The notes under the pieces: model-generated
What the model was told of the DNA's origin: nothing
The model's input: the letters and a program-made list of their open reading frames with translations, nothing else
Databases searched by the model: none
In this document: positions 1 to 12,499 of the stretch, one piece after another
Numbering within the stretch: position 1 is the stretch's first letter
How the letters are laid out: every line of letters begins with the position of its first letter
Program-made: the position numbers and the translations under genes
DNA from: Eledone cirrhosa
Taxonomy: Eukaryota
Direction: 5' to 3'
Length of the DNA: 64,000 nucleotides
NCBI GenBank assembly: GCA_964016885.1
Contig: OZ024741.1
Coordinates: forward strand, 351,168,001 to 351,232,000

Positions 1-6
1 GCTTAC

Positions 7-213
7 CAATGACATGTAGATTTGAATGCATTTTCTTAGCATCAACAACTAACTTGAAGTTTACATCTATGTTATGTATAACGAGAGGTTTCATCAACTG
101 AGTAAAGATCTGGTCACAATGTAAACGAAAAGTGTCTTTTTGTTCTCGTGATAAAGTCACACCAATCACTTCATAGCTGTCACTGATTCCGAAATACAAT
201 GTACAATTTCTTT
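7..213 (-). CDS. ARM-Schlafen gene exon (Schlafen core)
   Basis: QRNCTLYFGISDSYEVIGVTLSREQKDTFRLHCDQIF...HVI; ctacag / gtaagc. Confidence 0.85.
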
Positions 214-3200
214 CTGTAGAAAATATATATATATAAGAGTGATTGGTATTTATATACATGTTAGTGAGTAATAGGTTTACTAGGTAGCAAATATATATTT
301 TATTATTGTTTTTTAACACTTACAAAGGAGTTTTTGTAAGGGACAACAATGATGATGATGATGATAATAATAATAATAACTCCACCACAGTTGCTGCCTC
401 AGTGATAGCTGGAACAGGCAACAGCAGAAACAACAACAAAAACAACTAAAAGGCCAGGAAGGGGTCTTTAGCCTAGGTTAGTGACCTTCCTAATGATAGT
501 ATGATAGTGTCCACAATAAAAGCACTGGTAGTTGTGCAACCTTATAAACGCAATTCTCATGAAAATGTTCTTACTCTGGCTATCTCACTTTCAGGACATC
601 CTCTCCAACAACTTCTAGAGAGTTTCCCTTGCAGCTGAAGGAATCAATTTCATGTGTGCTGATGCTAGTGTTGGTGCCAAAATAAAACGCACTCAGTCAA
701 GTACAGGGTTGTATGTCAAGCCCCCAGCCCACCTGGACGTCTGAGGCTCTGCCTGAGTAATGACTGATGTGTGATGACATGTCCAACAATTGCTAGCAAC
801 AAAAAACGGACGTTAAACAATGATGATCATCATCATCATTATATATATATATGAATATATGACGCATGGCTTAGTGTTGGGCATGCAATCGTGAGGTTGT
901 GAGTTTTATTCCCGGACCGAGCGATGTGTTATTTCACATTGTCCAGTTTACTCAGCTGTAGAAATGAGTTGTGATGTTACTGGTGTCAAGCTGTATCAAC
1001 CTTTGCCTTTCCATTGGACAACATTGGTGGCAGGGAGAGGGGAGACTGGTATGCATGGGTGACTGTTTTCTACAAACAACCTTGCCTGGACTTGTGCCTT
1101 TAGGTCCAAATCCCATGGTCATTCGTGACCAAAGGAGGTCTTTACCCAAAATATATATCATCATCATCACTTTTACGTCCATTTTTCCATGATTGCATGG
1201 GTTGGATGGGTCCTTCTCAGCACGGCATCTTTCCACTTGTAACATTTCTTTGTCATCTCCCCTGTGAGTCTCATTGATTTGAGGTCAGCTCTCACAACCT
1301 CTGCCCAGGTCTTTCTTAGTCTACCTCTACTGTGGCTTCCTTCCACTGGCATTTCCTGGCACTTCGTCACACAATGATCATCATCCGTATGCAAATAAAT
1401 AGATGGATACATAAGGATAAACAGGTAAGTAGATAAAGAGTATGAGAATAAATGTATAGCTTACGGCAATTTAACATTCCACACACTGTTTTACCAATAT
1501 CAGTCACCTGATTTCTTTTCTCTACAGGGAGAATTGCATGAGTTGCATCTTTAATGAAAGGCACTGTGGCACCTGGAAGTTTGATGAAAATTATTAGATA
1601 CAGGCATGTATTGACTAAAGAACACTAATTTGTAAGGAGTAAATAAACTTAACATACTGCAAAATGGTTAGCGATTGAACAGAGACATATAGGGTTGAGC
1701 GGACTTTCAAGTCTGGCTGAACATATTATAACCTCTCTAGTGCTGCACCCAGTATATTGTCAGGTGATTGGCTTATAAAGGGCATTCAGTTGTAGAAACC
1801 ATGCCAAATATGGAACATAGTCTTAGACAATGACAACTTGTCCAACACTTGCCAGCACAGAGAGCAGATATAAAATTATGATAAAGATGATGAAGTCATG
1901 CAAATGTTTAAATTTAAGAAAAAACACACACAATAGATACAGAAACATAAAAGGCAGAAAAGAGTGGAAAATGATGTGTTAAATAAATAAAATATATACT
2001 TACCATATTGATAACTTCCATCCCATTGTCCACAAGGCTTTTCCACAAAATCATATCTGTCTTAATAGTAATAATAATAATAATTTCCTTTTATTTTCCA
2101 CAAGGGCCAACAAAAAGGAGCAATACAAAGAACAGGCACAGTGGGGATTTACATTGAAATCGAGTAAGGTGTATAAATAACAGATAACAATGAACAACAA
2201 AATGCATATCAATGAAAATTCCCCAATAGGAAGAGGACCACCCAGGGGTGACTAGGAACCCTACAAATCCTAAACCACCTGACACTCAGGAACACGCTAG
2301 AAGGGTGTCCCTCTCTCCTCTTTAAATCAGCCAGCCTAGAGGCGCATGATCAGAGTAGGCCCATTCACACGAGCCATCCAAGCAACATTTATCCACTTTT
2401 TAACAAATGTATAGAGGAAGCAGCACTTCCATCTCCACCCTCACCTTCCTTTCTATGTGAAACTTGAGAAAGTTGATGAGGGACTGGCCAAAGAGGAAAG
2501 CTGCCTGTCCTTCCTACCCAAAAGATGGTGGTGGGGTGATTTTCATAATGGACTCATTCGCTAGCCGGATCCTTCATACATATGATAACAGTTGTTTGAC
2601 ATAACTTGACAGGTCAGTAATGCACAGACACTGGAAGAGTGCATGCAGGATGGTTTCATCAGTCTGTGCACATCTTGGACAGGTCCGTATTTCCATGCCT
2701 GTAGAATTTATCTTGAATTGGCAGTGCAAAACAATGGATTACTGGACTTTACCATTCACACTGACCACACTATTAATGCAAACCACCCTGATATTATTAT
2801 TGAAGATTTTAAAAAGAAGACCTGCTTACTCATTGATTTAATTGTACCGTCTGATAGAAATCTGCCAGCAAAAGAGTATGAAAAGCTTGCAAAATATAAA
2901 GATCTAGAAATCAAAATGAATAGAATATGGCAACTATTCCGGTAGTGATAGGAGCTCTAGGTATAAATAAAGGTGTTCAAAAGTTTCTAGAAAACATACC
3001 TCGTAAAGCTAGCATCTATGAAATCCAAAAGATAATTCTAAACAAGTACCATCCACATACTTCATAAATATCAACATACAATATTTTCTGTTTAATATTT
3101 ATTGTAAATTTAATTGATATTTAATGCCATTCAAATATCCTTAATGTAAAATCAATTCTTTAATACTTCTTTTTATCTCCTACCTTTTTATATTTATTTT

Positions 3201-5091
3201 CTCAACTTATTTACCTATCAACTTTTGTGATGTCACTTGTTAAATGAATGTGAGGATGAAACAATATATTAAAAAAAAGCTATAAAAAATGTCAAAACCA
3301 ACAGTGCCTGCCCTCAGTAGTCATTGCATATAAAGCAAAATCAAAGGTTGACCAATACTTTCATCATCCTCAACATCATTTAATGTCTGTCTTCTCTGCT
3401 AGCAAGATTTGGATGGGTTTTCACAGATCAAGTCAGTACCTAAGTGGTGTTACTGACTTCTCAGATAAGCCGAGGGCAAGAATCTCTCTTTCATATGTTC
3501 CCATTCCTTTGGCAGGTTTTCTATGGCTGGATGCCATTCCTATAATCAACCACTTTCCAGAGTGTACTGGGTGCATTTATCGTGTAGATCACCAACATGA
3601 GAGAGATTGTCATGTCTTTGACACAACTGACTTGAAGCCTGCCATATATCATCACATACACATAATTTAATGGTTCTACATAGATATTGATACAAATAAG
3701 TACAGGACATAAAACAGTATGAAGTTGATTGATTAAATCCTTTCAATAATATACCCCCAGCATGGCTACAGTTTATTGGCCGAAACTAGTAAAAAAAAAA
3801 AAATAACAAAACTGAAAAATTACCTGGTTTCTTTAGAAAGTCTTCACTGTTCATTTCAAAATGGTCTTTAACCTCAGGATGTTCACCACCACCATCCTGC
3901 AGAGATATGACAACCATACTGTAACAAACAGCAGTTGGACAATCAATATGGAATAGCAAGGAATATTTAGCTTAAAATCAATTCCATATTAACTCTTTTG
4001 ATGCAAAACTGCCTGAAATTACTCTTGGTTTCATCTTGTCGTGTCCACAAGAGTGTCAGTTACAAAGCTAGATGTGGTTCTGCCACAAAAACACATTGCT
4101 GTCCTTTCTCATTAAACTCTGCCAAGTCGAATTCTGTGCAGGGGTGTTCTAGCAGGGAGCAAATTAGGAGGTGCTGCATAGTCTGAGGTTCAATGCCGCA
4201 GTCATACACGTCCCCATCCTTTAAATATCCCCATTTTGCAAGAGTGACTTTTGCACGTCCAACACCAGATCTTAGTCTGTTCAGGCATTTCCACACTGTA
4301 TAGTTTGTATCTGCTCTTGGTTTAATGATATAAAGCTGTTTGTATTCATATTTAAATTCTAACTCCTATCATAATTTTATGTTCCAAATACCATATTAAT
4401 AATGAGAAAGTTAGTTATATTACTAAATCTCTACAAACTCTTGATATTAATTTGAAATCAAACAGTGTCTTTCATTATAAATATATTAACAAAAGGTTCA
4501 ATATTGATGGTATTATCATCATCAATTTTCAAATCAGTTTGGCTTGGTTTCTACAGTTGGATGCCCTTCCTAACTCCAACCACATTTACCGTGTGGACTG
4601 GGTACTTTTAATTGTGGAACTAAGACCTGCTTATAGTGTAAATTGGGTGCTTTTTGTCTTGACACCAACACAACCATTTTACAGTGTGAACTGATCACTT
4701 TTTGTTGTGGCACTAAGATGAATACTATACAGTGAGGACTGGGGGGCCGGGGCACTTAGCTGGTGAAGAGTGGAGTGTTAGGACATGGATGAAGGGTAGT
4801 GTTAGGACATGAGTGAAGGGTGGAGTGTTAGGACATGAGTGAAGGGTGGAGTGTTAGGACATGGGTGAAGGGTGGAATGTCATGTGGATGACGGGTGGAG
4901 TGTTATGACATGGATGAAGGATGGAGTGTTATGACATGGGTGAAGGGTGGAGTGTTAGGACATGGGTGTAAGAGTGAAGTGTTAGGACATGAGTGTAAGA
5001 GTGAAGTGTTAGCCAGATTAGTTGCCGACCACTTGATCATGAAGCAGGTTTTACTGGATAATGTGGTATCAGTGGCAGGTAGAAGCCTGAC

Positions 5092-5122
<31 letters not shown>

Positions 5123-8100
5123 CTCTGTAAGGTGCTCATGTTAGTGACATGACAGGAGGTACTCAGTTCATCTTGTAAAGTGGTCGCGTTAGGGCATAAC
5201 AGAAGGCACGTGGTCTGTCTTCTAGAATGTTCGGGCTGGTTACACAAGGAACAGCCTGTCTGCCTTGTAAGGTTGTTATGATGGTGACACGACAAAAAGC
5301 ATCCAGTCCACCCTGTAGAGTGGTCATGTTGGTGACACAACAAAAAGCAGCCAGTCCACACTGTAAATGTGGTTGGCATGAAAAAGGGCATCCAGCTGTA
5401 GAAACAGTTCTGTATGAGCAAAACATGGTTATCTCATCAGACTTGTCTCACAATGGGACAACTTGTCTAACCCATGCTATCATGGAAAATGAATATATGA
5501 TGATGATGATATATACGTAATGTTAACAAGGAGAACAATACAGTACAATGAAGATATATTTAACACTTGATATAGCAGGAAAAGAGTCTTAATATTTTGA
5601 ATGTTAGTTCTTCTTTAGAAGATAGACTGAGAGAGAAGAGAGAAGAAAAGGAAGAAATAATAGAACAAATTTGTTCACAGGAGGAAAGCACATATGTATT
5701 TATTCAGTCACATATATAATGTGCTCCTAAAGTTTCACTTGCAAAGCATTGGTCAACCCAATGCCTAAGGTGCCACACAGTGGGACAGAACCTGACACCA
5801 TGTTGTTCCATAGAGAACACCTTAGTCACACAGCCATGCCTCCCAAAGTAAAACTTACATATAGTCTGAAGTCAGCTAGATTTTCTTCCACAGTTTTTAA
5901 TGCAGGAGGATAACTTTTGATACAGTGATATCTGAAGAAAATACATAGAGAGAATTATTTACTTCTATTGAACGATGATTGTCTAATGTTAAATAGAGAT
6001 AGTGAATTGGCAGAACGTCAGATAGAAAGATCTAATCTCTGAGATCAAATCCTACCAAGGTTAACTTTGTCTTTCATCCTTTCTAGGTCAATAAATACTG
6101 TAACAGTCCAGTACAGAGTTGGTCCTTACTCTTTCTTTCTCTCTCTCTGGAAATAATTGGCTGTGTTCAGACCTCAAGAGAGATGGGCTCCACCATGCTC
6201 CAAACACGCTATGTATCATGAAAGCACCCCTACCATTTCATGAGGAGTTCAGGCCCCATAGATGGACAGATGGAATGTTAAATATAATCAGGAGTATTCA
6301 AGGAATATAGTACTACCCTACAGCAACAAGGAAAGGAACCAAACATCAAATAGGATCAAAGAAACTGTTTCAATTGGTCTTTTCATTGTTGATACACTGT
6401 GCCGGTCACAGCTCCTGGCAGAAATGAAAAGGAGCCAATCATCAGATTATCGAACCAAGGAAACTGTTTCAATTGTTTTTTCCATTGCTGATACTATTTG
6501 CTGGTTGCATCTCCTGACAGAAAGTGGTGGGATTTGAACTCAGAACCAAATCAGATGCTGTAAAGCATCCTGCTTGACACTTTGACAATTTCACCAATCT
6601 GCTGCTCCTGGATTGGTACTTAATCTATCAACAATAAAAGAATGATAGGTAAAATTGATCTTGGTAAGATTTGAACTCAGAGTGCAGAAAATTAAAACAA
6701 ATACTGCAGAGCATTTAACTGATGCCCTGAGAACTTAAAATGAACGAGAAGCAATTACTTCATTAAAATGAGACGACCAGAAGCAGTTAATTCATTAAAA
6801 GATATCGTCATCACTATATAACATTCATTAAAATGAACCAACCGGAAGCAGCTAATTTAGTAAAATAGGCCAATTACAACAACACAATATTTAAAAGTCA
6901 TTTTCTCTGCTAAAGTAGTGAGTAGTCTAGAAGGCACCAAGACAGGCTTAATACACATAACAAGGGGCCTTTTAGAAGTAATGTTTTACTGCAAGATGCC
7001 CTGACATCAATCCTTTTGTAATTGTTGTAATGCATACAGAACACTCTACAAGGTAGTTGAAAAGCATCTAGCTGTAGAAAACATGCCAAAGCAGATGGCT
7101 CCAGCCTATCTTAGAGGACAGTAGCTCCAATAATATACTGGCTTGATTTGTGACAACCCATCCAACCTATGCTAGAATGGAATAATGGACATTAAATGAT
7201 GATGAGGATATTGATGTAGTCCTAGATACTGGACAACTATGAAGTGATAAAACAAAGCATATTTACGATTTTCTTGTATGATTTCGATGAGGTTCCTTTT
7301 TGGTTAAGTGTAGCAAATGTTTCACTACATCCTGTATGAATGGTCTACAGAGCATAGATGTTGGGTATGAGTAAAGAAGTCTGGTGATCACCTGCATACC
7401 TTCATGATAGAAAGAAAAAAATACAGCTTACACCTATGCAAGTTTAGTTGGCCTCCTACAAGGTTGCACCTCATAGGAAGTTTCTCAGGTGTTTTAATGA
7501 TTGAATTATGTAAAAATGCAAAATGAAGTGTCTTGTTCAAGAATTCAACATGCTAACTGGTCCAAGAAATGAACCTTATATCATGATTGTGAGTTCAACA
7601 ATCTAACCACTTGGCCACATGCTTTTACACCTTCACAATAGATTAAAGGAAATAGAAATTTCAGTAAAAAATTTGATACTAATCCATTTGAAACTGGCCC
7701 CAACTTTACGATAAGCTGTTTCTTTTAAAGTATTTATATTTACTATCAGAAAACCACATTTCGGGTGGTTTTCTGCTATCATGTGTAATGTGCATATTGA
7801 TATTATACGCAAGTATATATGCATGTAGATATGATACATCAAATAAAATCGTAATTGACAATATACACAGAAATTGAACGAAACTGTGTTACACTGTCTT
7901 ATGTAATCAGTAACGTAATCCATGATACATTAAAAAAAGACAATATTATATATAAACTGCATTAGGAGAAAATTAGTAACGGAAATATATGAATGTTTAT
8001 TTAAGCGACCGCTAACCGGAAGTGTTGACATTTGAAAATTTTAAAGAAATGAATCTTAAAATAAGCAACAATATTATTTATATTTAACCAAGAATAACAG

Positions 8101-11100
8101 AATTTATTAGATAAATTATGTAATGTTCATTCATTATTTATTCAAAGTAATTCAACTTATTTTACAAACGGGATACAAAAATATATTCTGGACGCAGTCC
8201 CGCACTCCTTACTTTATTATAGTTTAGATTTAAAAACCTTCCATGATAATATTATGTAAGAACCTTTTTTTTAAAGCTATGTACAAAAGCATAAGATACA
8301 TAATCATCATCCTAGGATATTGGACTCACAATTACAAGGTTGTGGGTTCGATTCATGGATTGGTTGGTGCATTGTATTCTTGAGCAAAATGCTTTTCATG
8401 ATAGGATTGGGGGCTACACAAGCCCCTGGGAAGCCAGTGAACCCTACACAGCTGTGAGCCGTAAATTTCATTTTTCATTTCATATATATAATGAAGAGAG
8501 ATTTCAACAAGATGTTTCAGAAAAAAACTAAAATAAAAAATATAAAACAAAATTAAAATAAAATGTAATCACCTCCAAGTATATAAAACTGCTTTTTGAT
8601 GTTTTCACCTTTTTCCAAAGTATTGCTCAAATAGATCATACAGTGTTTCAGTAAACTGTCCACATTATTGCCAAACTGGAGTGTGTTTTCCAAATATTTA
8701 TTGCAAATTTCTAGAAATAAGATAATACAGTGTGTGTGTAGTGACTAATGGTAACAGCACAAATCAAGCAAGTTGTCAAGACACAGCAATGATTTCTTTA
8801 CATTGACATAAGTCCCTGGATATGTAAAAGATAGGTGGTGTAGAAGGATAATGATAGAGAAAGACATAGCCCAGTACATAGCCCATGGCCAGTCATGACT
8901 GGCCATGGGTTATGTACTGAAGATTGATTGATCATGGGTTTGTGTCTACGAGGCACAAGCCTTGGAAGAGAGATTTTGTAGAAGACCAACAGTAACCTGT
9001 ACATGCCAGTCTTCCCTCTCTATGACACTGATGTTGTTCGAAGGAAAGGCAAAGGCTGATACAGTTTGGTACTAGTGTTATTGTAATTCATTATTTCCAG
9101 CAGTCGACTGGCACAACATGAAATAAAGTGTCTTGCTCATGGACACAACATTCTGCCTAGTCTAAGAATCAAGCCCCCGACCTTATGATTGTGAACGCAA
9201 CACCCCAACCATATTTGGTATAGAAACATAATTGTTTCTACTTTTGGCACAAAGCCAGCAATTACCCAGTACATTACTGGTACTTTATTTTATCGACCCC
9301 GTAAGGATGAAAGGCAAAGTTAACCTCGGCGGAATGCCACACCAATTTATGACAAAATAACCACCAATATGTCTAACAGTATTATGTTGATCAAATTGTG
9401 AGATGGACATGAACCATTTTTGTATCAAACCACCTGAAACTGACCCAAGTTCTACAATATAAAACTGTTATTTATCTAAAAAGCTCCATCAAAAATGTAA
9501 GAACCTTTGTTGAGTTATGCTCCAAACACCATCTTAATAATGATAAAATTAGTTATGTTATTAAGTCCCATCAAATTATTGATTCTTTGCAAATTTATAC
9601 CCACAAGTGTGTCATCTCACAAGATCTTATATTATCAAACTGTTGGGTGGACATGAAATTTTTTCATACCAAACCACCTCTGGTTCTACAATATGAAACC
9701 GTTTATTTGAAAGAATTTGTATTTATCTAAAATCCTTCCATCATAATTTTGTGGAAGAATCAAACATCAGCTAAAACTGCAAAAGTACAAAACAACACTA
9801 TGGCTGCATTATATTAAAAATTAAAGTATTTACTCTATTCTAATTTTTTACAATGATCTGTCCACTTGTAAAGATATGATAAATATTTGAATTAACAAAC
9901 CTGTTTCTAAATATTTTCAGATAAATCTATTACAGGGTGTTAAGAATTAAGTCTTTCCAAATTCTTGATTATTTAGAAAATTACTTGAAAATCATAGAGT
10001 GTCTTTTACTAGAAATATTGTAACAAAAGGTTTAAAAGGAACCTACTTACCAATTATAAACTTCAAAATGTCTGTATTATCTAATATACTGTGTTTGGTT
10101 AAGTTAGTTTCCAAACAAAAATTACTAAAAATCTTGAGAACATCAATCTTCACAACTTGAGATGAAGTTTTGGCAGTCTTTAAAAGAATATCACATCCAA
10201 AAAGTTCTTCAAACAATGAACCTAAAATTAAAGAAAAAACAAAATGTAATATCTAAAAAATATATTTCTTGAATAAGGTAAATAAATTGAAGTGAAAGAA
10301 GTTTGAAAAAGGATGCTAAAAAAAGCAAATACTTTAACATGCTTTTATTTATACCAGAAATCAGGTTCTGTCATCGCTGTTGTCTATTTGTCTATCTCTA
10401 TCGATTTCTCTGTCTCATCATCATCAGCGTTTAAGGTCTCTTTTCCATGAGAGTATCAGTTAGATGGGTTGTCATGTTCTGAGGTGATAATGTCTTGCTT
10501 GTATGTTTCATTTTTGGATTGATTTCATTGGCTGGATGCCCTTCCTAAGGCCAACCACATTACAGCATGTACTGGGAGCATGTTTTCTATGATTGGATAC
10601 CCTTCCTAACACCAACCACTTTACAGCGTGAACTGGAAGCATATTTTCTATGGCTGCTCTTCCTAATACCAACCACTTTACAGCACGTACTGGGAACATT
10701 TTATTGTGACTCCGGTACTACCAACTTACAGGGTGCACTGGGTGCTTTTCTTCATGGCAACATCACTATCACTTTACAGAGTGGGCTGTGTGTATTTTTA
10801 TCGTGACACCATCACTACCTATATATAACCTGGAAAAAGATAGGCACCAATGGGTTTTAAAAATGACCAACATATGCCATATGTCATGACAACGCCCCTA
10901 TGATTTCATTTTGAGTTATAGCAGTAATTATAGATATAGATATATAATCCACAAACATAGCTTTGTTAGAGTCTGATGAAGAAACCAAATATTTCTTACA
11001 ATGAGTTATGTACTAGTCTTTCCATTAAAATTGTGCAACTTACCTAAATCCGTGTCAAACCAAGTAAAGTTGCATAAGCAGCTCACTGCAAACTTAGTGG

Positions 11101-11500
11101 TGCTGTCAGATTCATTCTTTGTAAGAGCCAAGAGAAGATGGAAAATAAAATTACGATTTGCTGAAATTTCTGAACAAATTTCTGGCACTGTTGACAAATG
11201 GTAGAGAACACTTAGAGAAGCCATTGACAAGAGAAGAAAAAGATGGCCACTATGTTCTGTTAATTTCTGGAAAATAGATTCTAATTTTAATAAAATACCA
11301 TGTTTCAAAAACAACCTTTTAATCTCAGCACATTTCTCAGATATGAAAATTCTGTTTATGAAATCTAAAATGGCTATTTCATTGACAATGTCCTCTTCTC
11401 TGTATATCACATAGTCCTCAAACTGGTCAATCAAACATATCACAACAGCTTCATTTATTTTTGGTGGCAATGGTGCACCTTTTAGAAGCAAGCTGGCCAT
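7..11500 (-). CDS. ARM-repeat + Schlafen/AlbA_2-like domain protein; spliced, 9 coding exons in window, 3' end outside window
   Basis: Exons 11500-11044, 10221-10051, 8710-8573, 7399-7267, 5931-5859, 3896-3824, 2060-2004, 1572-1465, 213-7 join in phase with GT-AG ends (472 codons +1 nt). N-terminal half has ARM-like motifs (AVSCLCNF, LKIFSNF, YILGGMQVITRLL). C-terminal IGKTVCGMLNCQRNCTLYFGISDSYEVIGVTLSREQKDTFRLHCDQIF matches the recalled Schlafen core. Confidence 0.8.
1465..1572 (-). CDS. ARM-Schlafen gene exon (start of Schlafen domain)
   Basis: GATVPFIKDATHAILPVEKRNQVTDIGKTVCGMLNC; ttccag / gtaagc. Confidence 0.8.
2004..2060 (-). CDS. ARM-Schlafen gene exon
   Basis: DRYDFVEKPCGQWDGSYQY using the aag acceptor; donor gtaagt; acceptor choice uncertain. 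Confidence 0.65.
2066..2700 (-). mobile_element. L1/Tx1-like LINE 3' remnant with AATAAA and (TAT)n tail
   Basis: Decayed C-terminal coding sequence and 3'UTR ending aataaaaggaaattattatt; family by recall. Confidence 0.5.
2735..3070 (+). mobile_element. R4/Dong-type LINE remnant (restriction-like endonuclease)
   Basis: DFTIHTD..NHPDIII..CLLIDLIVPSD.N..KEYEKLAKYKDL..RIW then PVVIGALG after a frameshift. Confidence 0.8.
3824..3896 (-). CDS. ARM-Schlafen gene exon
   Basis: DGGGEHPEVKDHFEMNSEDFLKKP; ctgcag / gtaatt. Confidence 0.7.
4040..4320 (-). mobile_element. Ingi/Vingi-like LINE 3' remnant
   Basis: WKCLNRLRSGVG..LAKWG..DCG..QTMQHLLIC C-terminal zinc-knuckle pattern. Confidence 0.65.
4762..5011 (+). 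repeat. ~26-bp G-rich minisatellite, about 9-10 units
   Basis: Unit approx. gagtgaagggtggagtgttaggacat. Confidence 0.9.
5120..5510 (+). mobile_element. RTE 3'-end-derived repeat with ~43-bp subrepeats and (GAT)n tail. Other copies near 10415-10820(-), 20815-21240(-), 25960-26345(+), 33985-34540(-), 39890-40150(+), 43440-43745(+), 44560-45065(+), 60165-60720(-), 62040-62305(-)
   Basis: Shares gaagggcatccagctgtagaaa...cccatgctagcatggaa...gatgatgat with the 3'UTR of the RTE at 54040-54333. Confidence 0.8.
5859..5931 (-). CDS. ARM-Schlafen gene exon
   Basis: YHCIKSYPPALKTVEENLADFRLY; ttcag / gtaagt. Confidence 0.75.
7267..7399 (-). CDS. ARM-Schlafen gene exon
   Basis: GMQVITRLLYSYP...HTRK; aag acceptor / gtaaat. 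Confidence 0.75.
7743..8228 (-). mobile_element. Non-autonomous Helitron, family A
   Basis: 5' TCTAAACTATAATAAAG, 3' hairpin with degenerate CTAG, between A and T; homologous to 15841 and 24860 copies. Confidence 0.8.
8573..8710 (-). CDS. ARM-Schlafen gene exon
   Basis: EICNKYLENT...KKQFYILG; ttctag / gtgatt. Confidence 0.8.
10051..10221 (-). CDS. ARM-Schlafen gene exon
   Basis: GSLFEELFGCDILLK...ILKFII; ttttag / gtaagt. Confidence 0.85.
11044..11500 (-). CDS. ARM-Schlafen gene, first coding exon
   Basis: MASLLLKGAP...WFDTDL; acceptor ttcag above 11513, donor G|gtaagt. Confidence 0.85.
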
Positions 11501-12499
11501 ATTTCACAATAATCTGAAAGAGAAAGAAATGAACCTGTTCATGACCATATTCATAATGAAATACAATCTACTTAAATTTAATAATGGATTTTAAGGGATT
11601 CATCATAATAATTATCTCATCACTAACTTAATATATGATTCTTATATAAAATTATGTTGGAAGATTTGAATTTACATAGGAAGTCTTAAAAAATGGGTGG
11701 TTTCGTTTCACAGAACTAACATGGGTCTGGCTGGCATTAAAAGGGTTCATGTGCTATAATATCAGTATAACTATAATTGGTTAACACCTCTTTCACTCAC
11801 AATGTCTTTATCTTCCTACAGGAATAAAATCAAAACAAAATAAAAAACAGACATAGCTTTGGATTCAGTCTCACTATGTGGCACCTTGGGCAAAACAAAT
11901 GAACTGAGAGAGAAACTGGGCATAAGAGGGATCTCATGCACTGATCTTTCAAGGCACAGTTGAGGGAGGGCTAAGAAGAGGCAGACAAGAAAACCTTGTC
12001 CGACAACCACAACCACACTTCTATGCATGACAGAGAATAGATAGTAGTGGTGATTGCTGACAGAGGGCACCCCAATGACTGGTTACATTAGCTGCCAGAA
12101 CTTCATGATATATATATATATATATCATCATCATCATTGTTTTGACACCCACTTTCCCTGCTATATATATATATTTACATGTATGTATATATTGAATGAT
12201 AGGTGGCGAATTGGCAGTCATTAGAATGTCGGATAGAATGTTTTGTAGTACTCATTTCGGCTCTCTGAGTCAAATCCAGCTGATGTCAACTTTGCTTTCA
12301 TCCATCAATAGTCAATAAAAAAAAGTACTGGGCCGATTCTTCCTCTAAATCTCTTTTTCTCACCCTCTCTATCCTTCTCTGGAAGAAATTTACTGTATCC
12401 ATGACTGGAGAGGAGATGGGCTCTGCCAGGTTTTAAAAAAAGATGCCCTAGAAACGCTGTATGTCAATATTGCACCCCAATGACTTCTCGGGAGTTACA

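Noticed and set aside
3897-3918. Upstream acceptor (tacag) for the 3824 exon
   Set aside because: Gives an in-frame TGA; ctgcag at 3897 preserves phase
10970-11005. CTGATGAAG hammerhead-like start
   Set aside because: No CGAAA after the putative stem II
11006-11043. C-terminus of the 164-aa ORF as a complete protein
   Set aside because: Read-through into intron after the G|gtaagt donor
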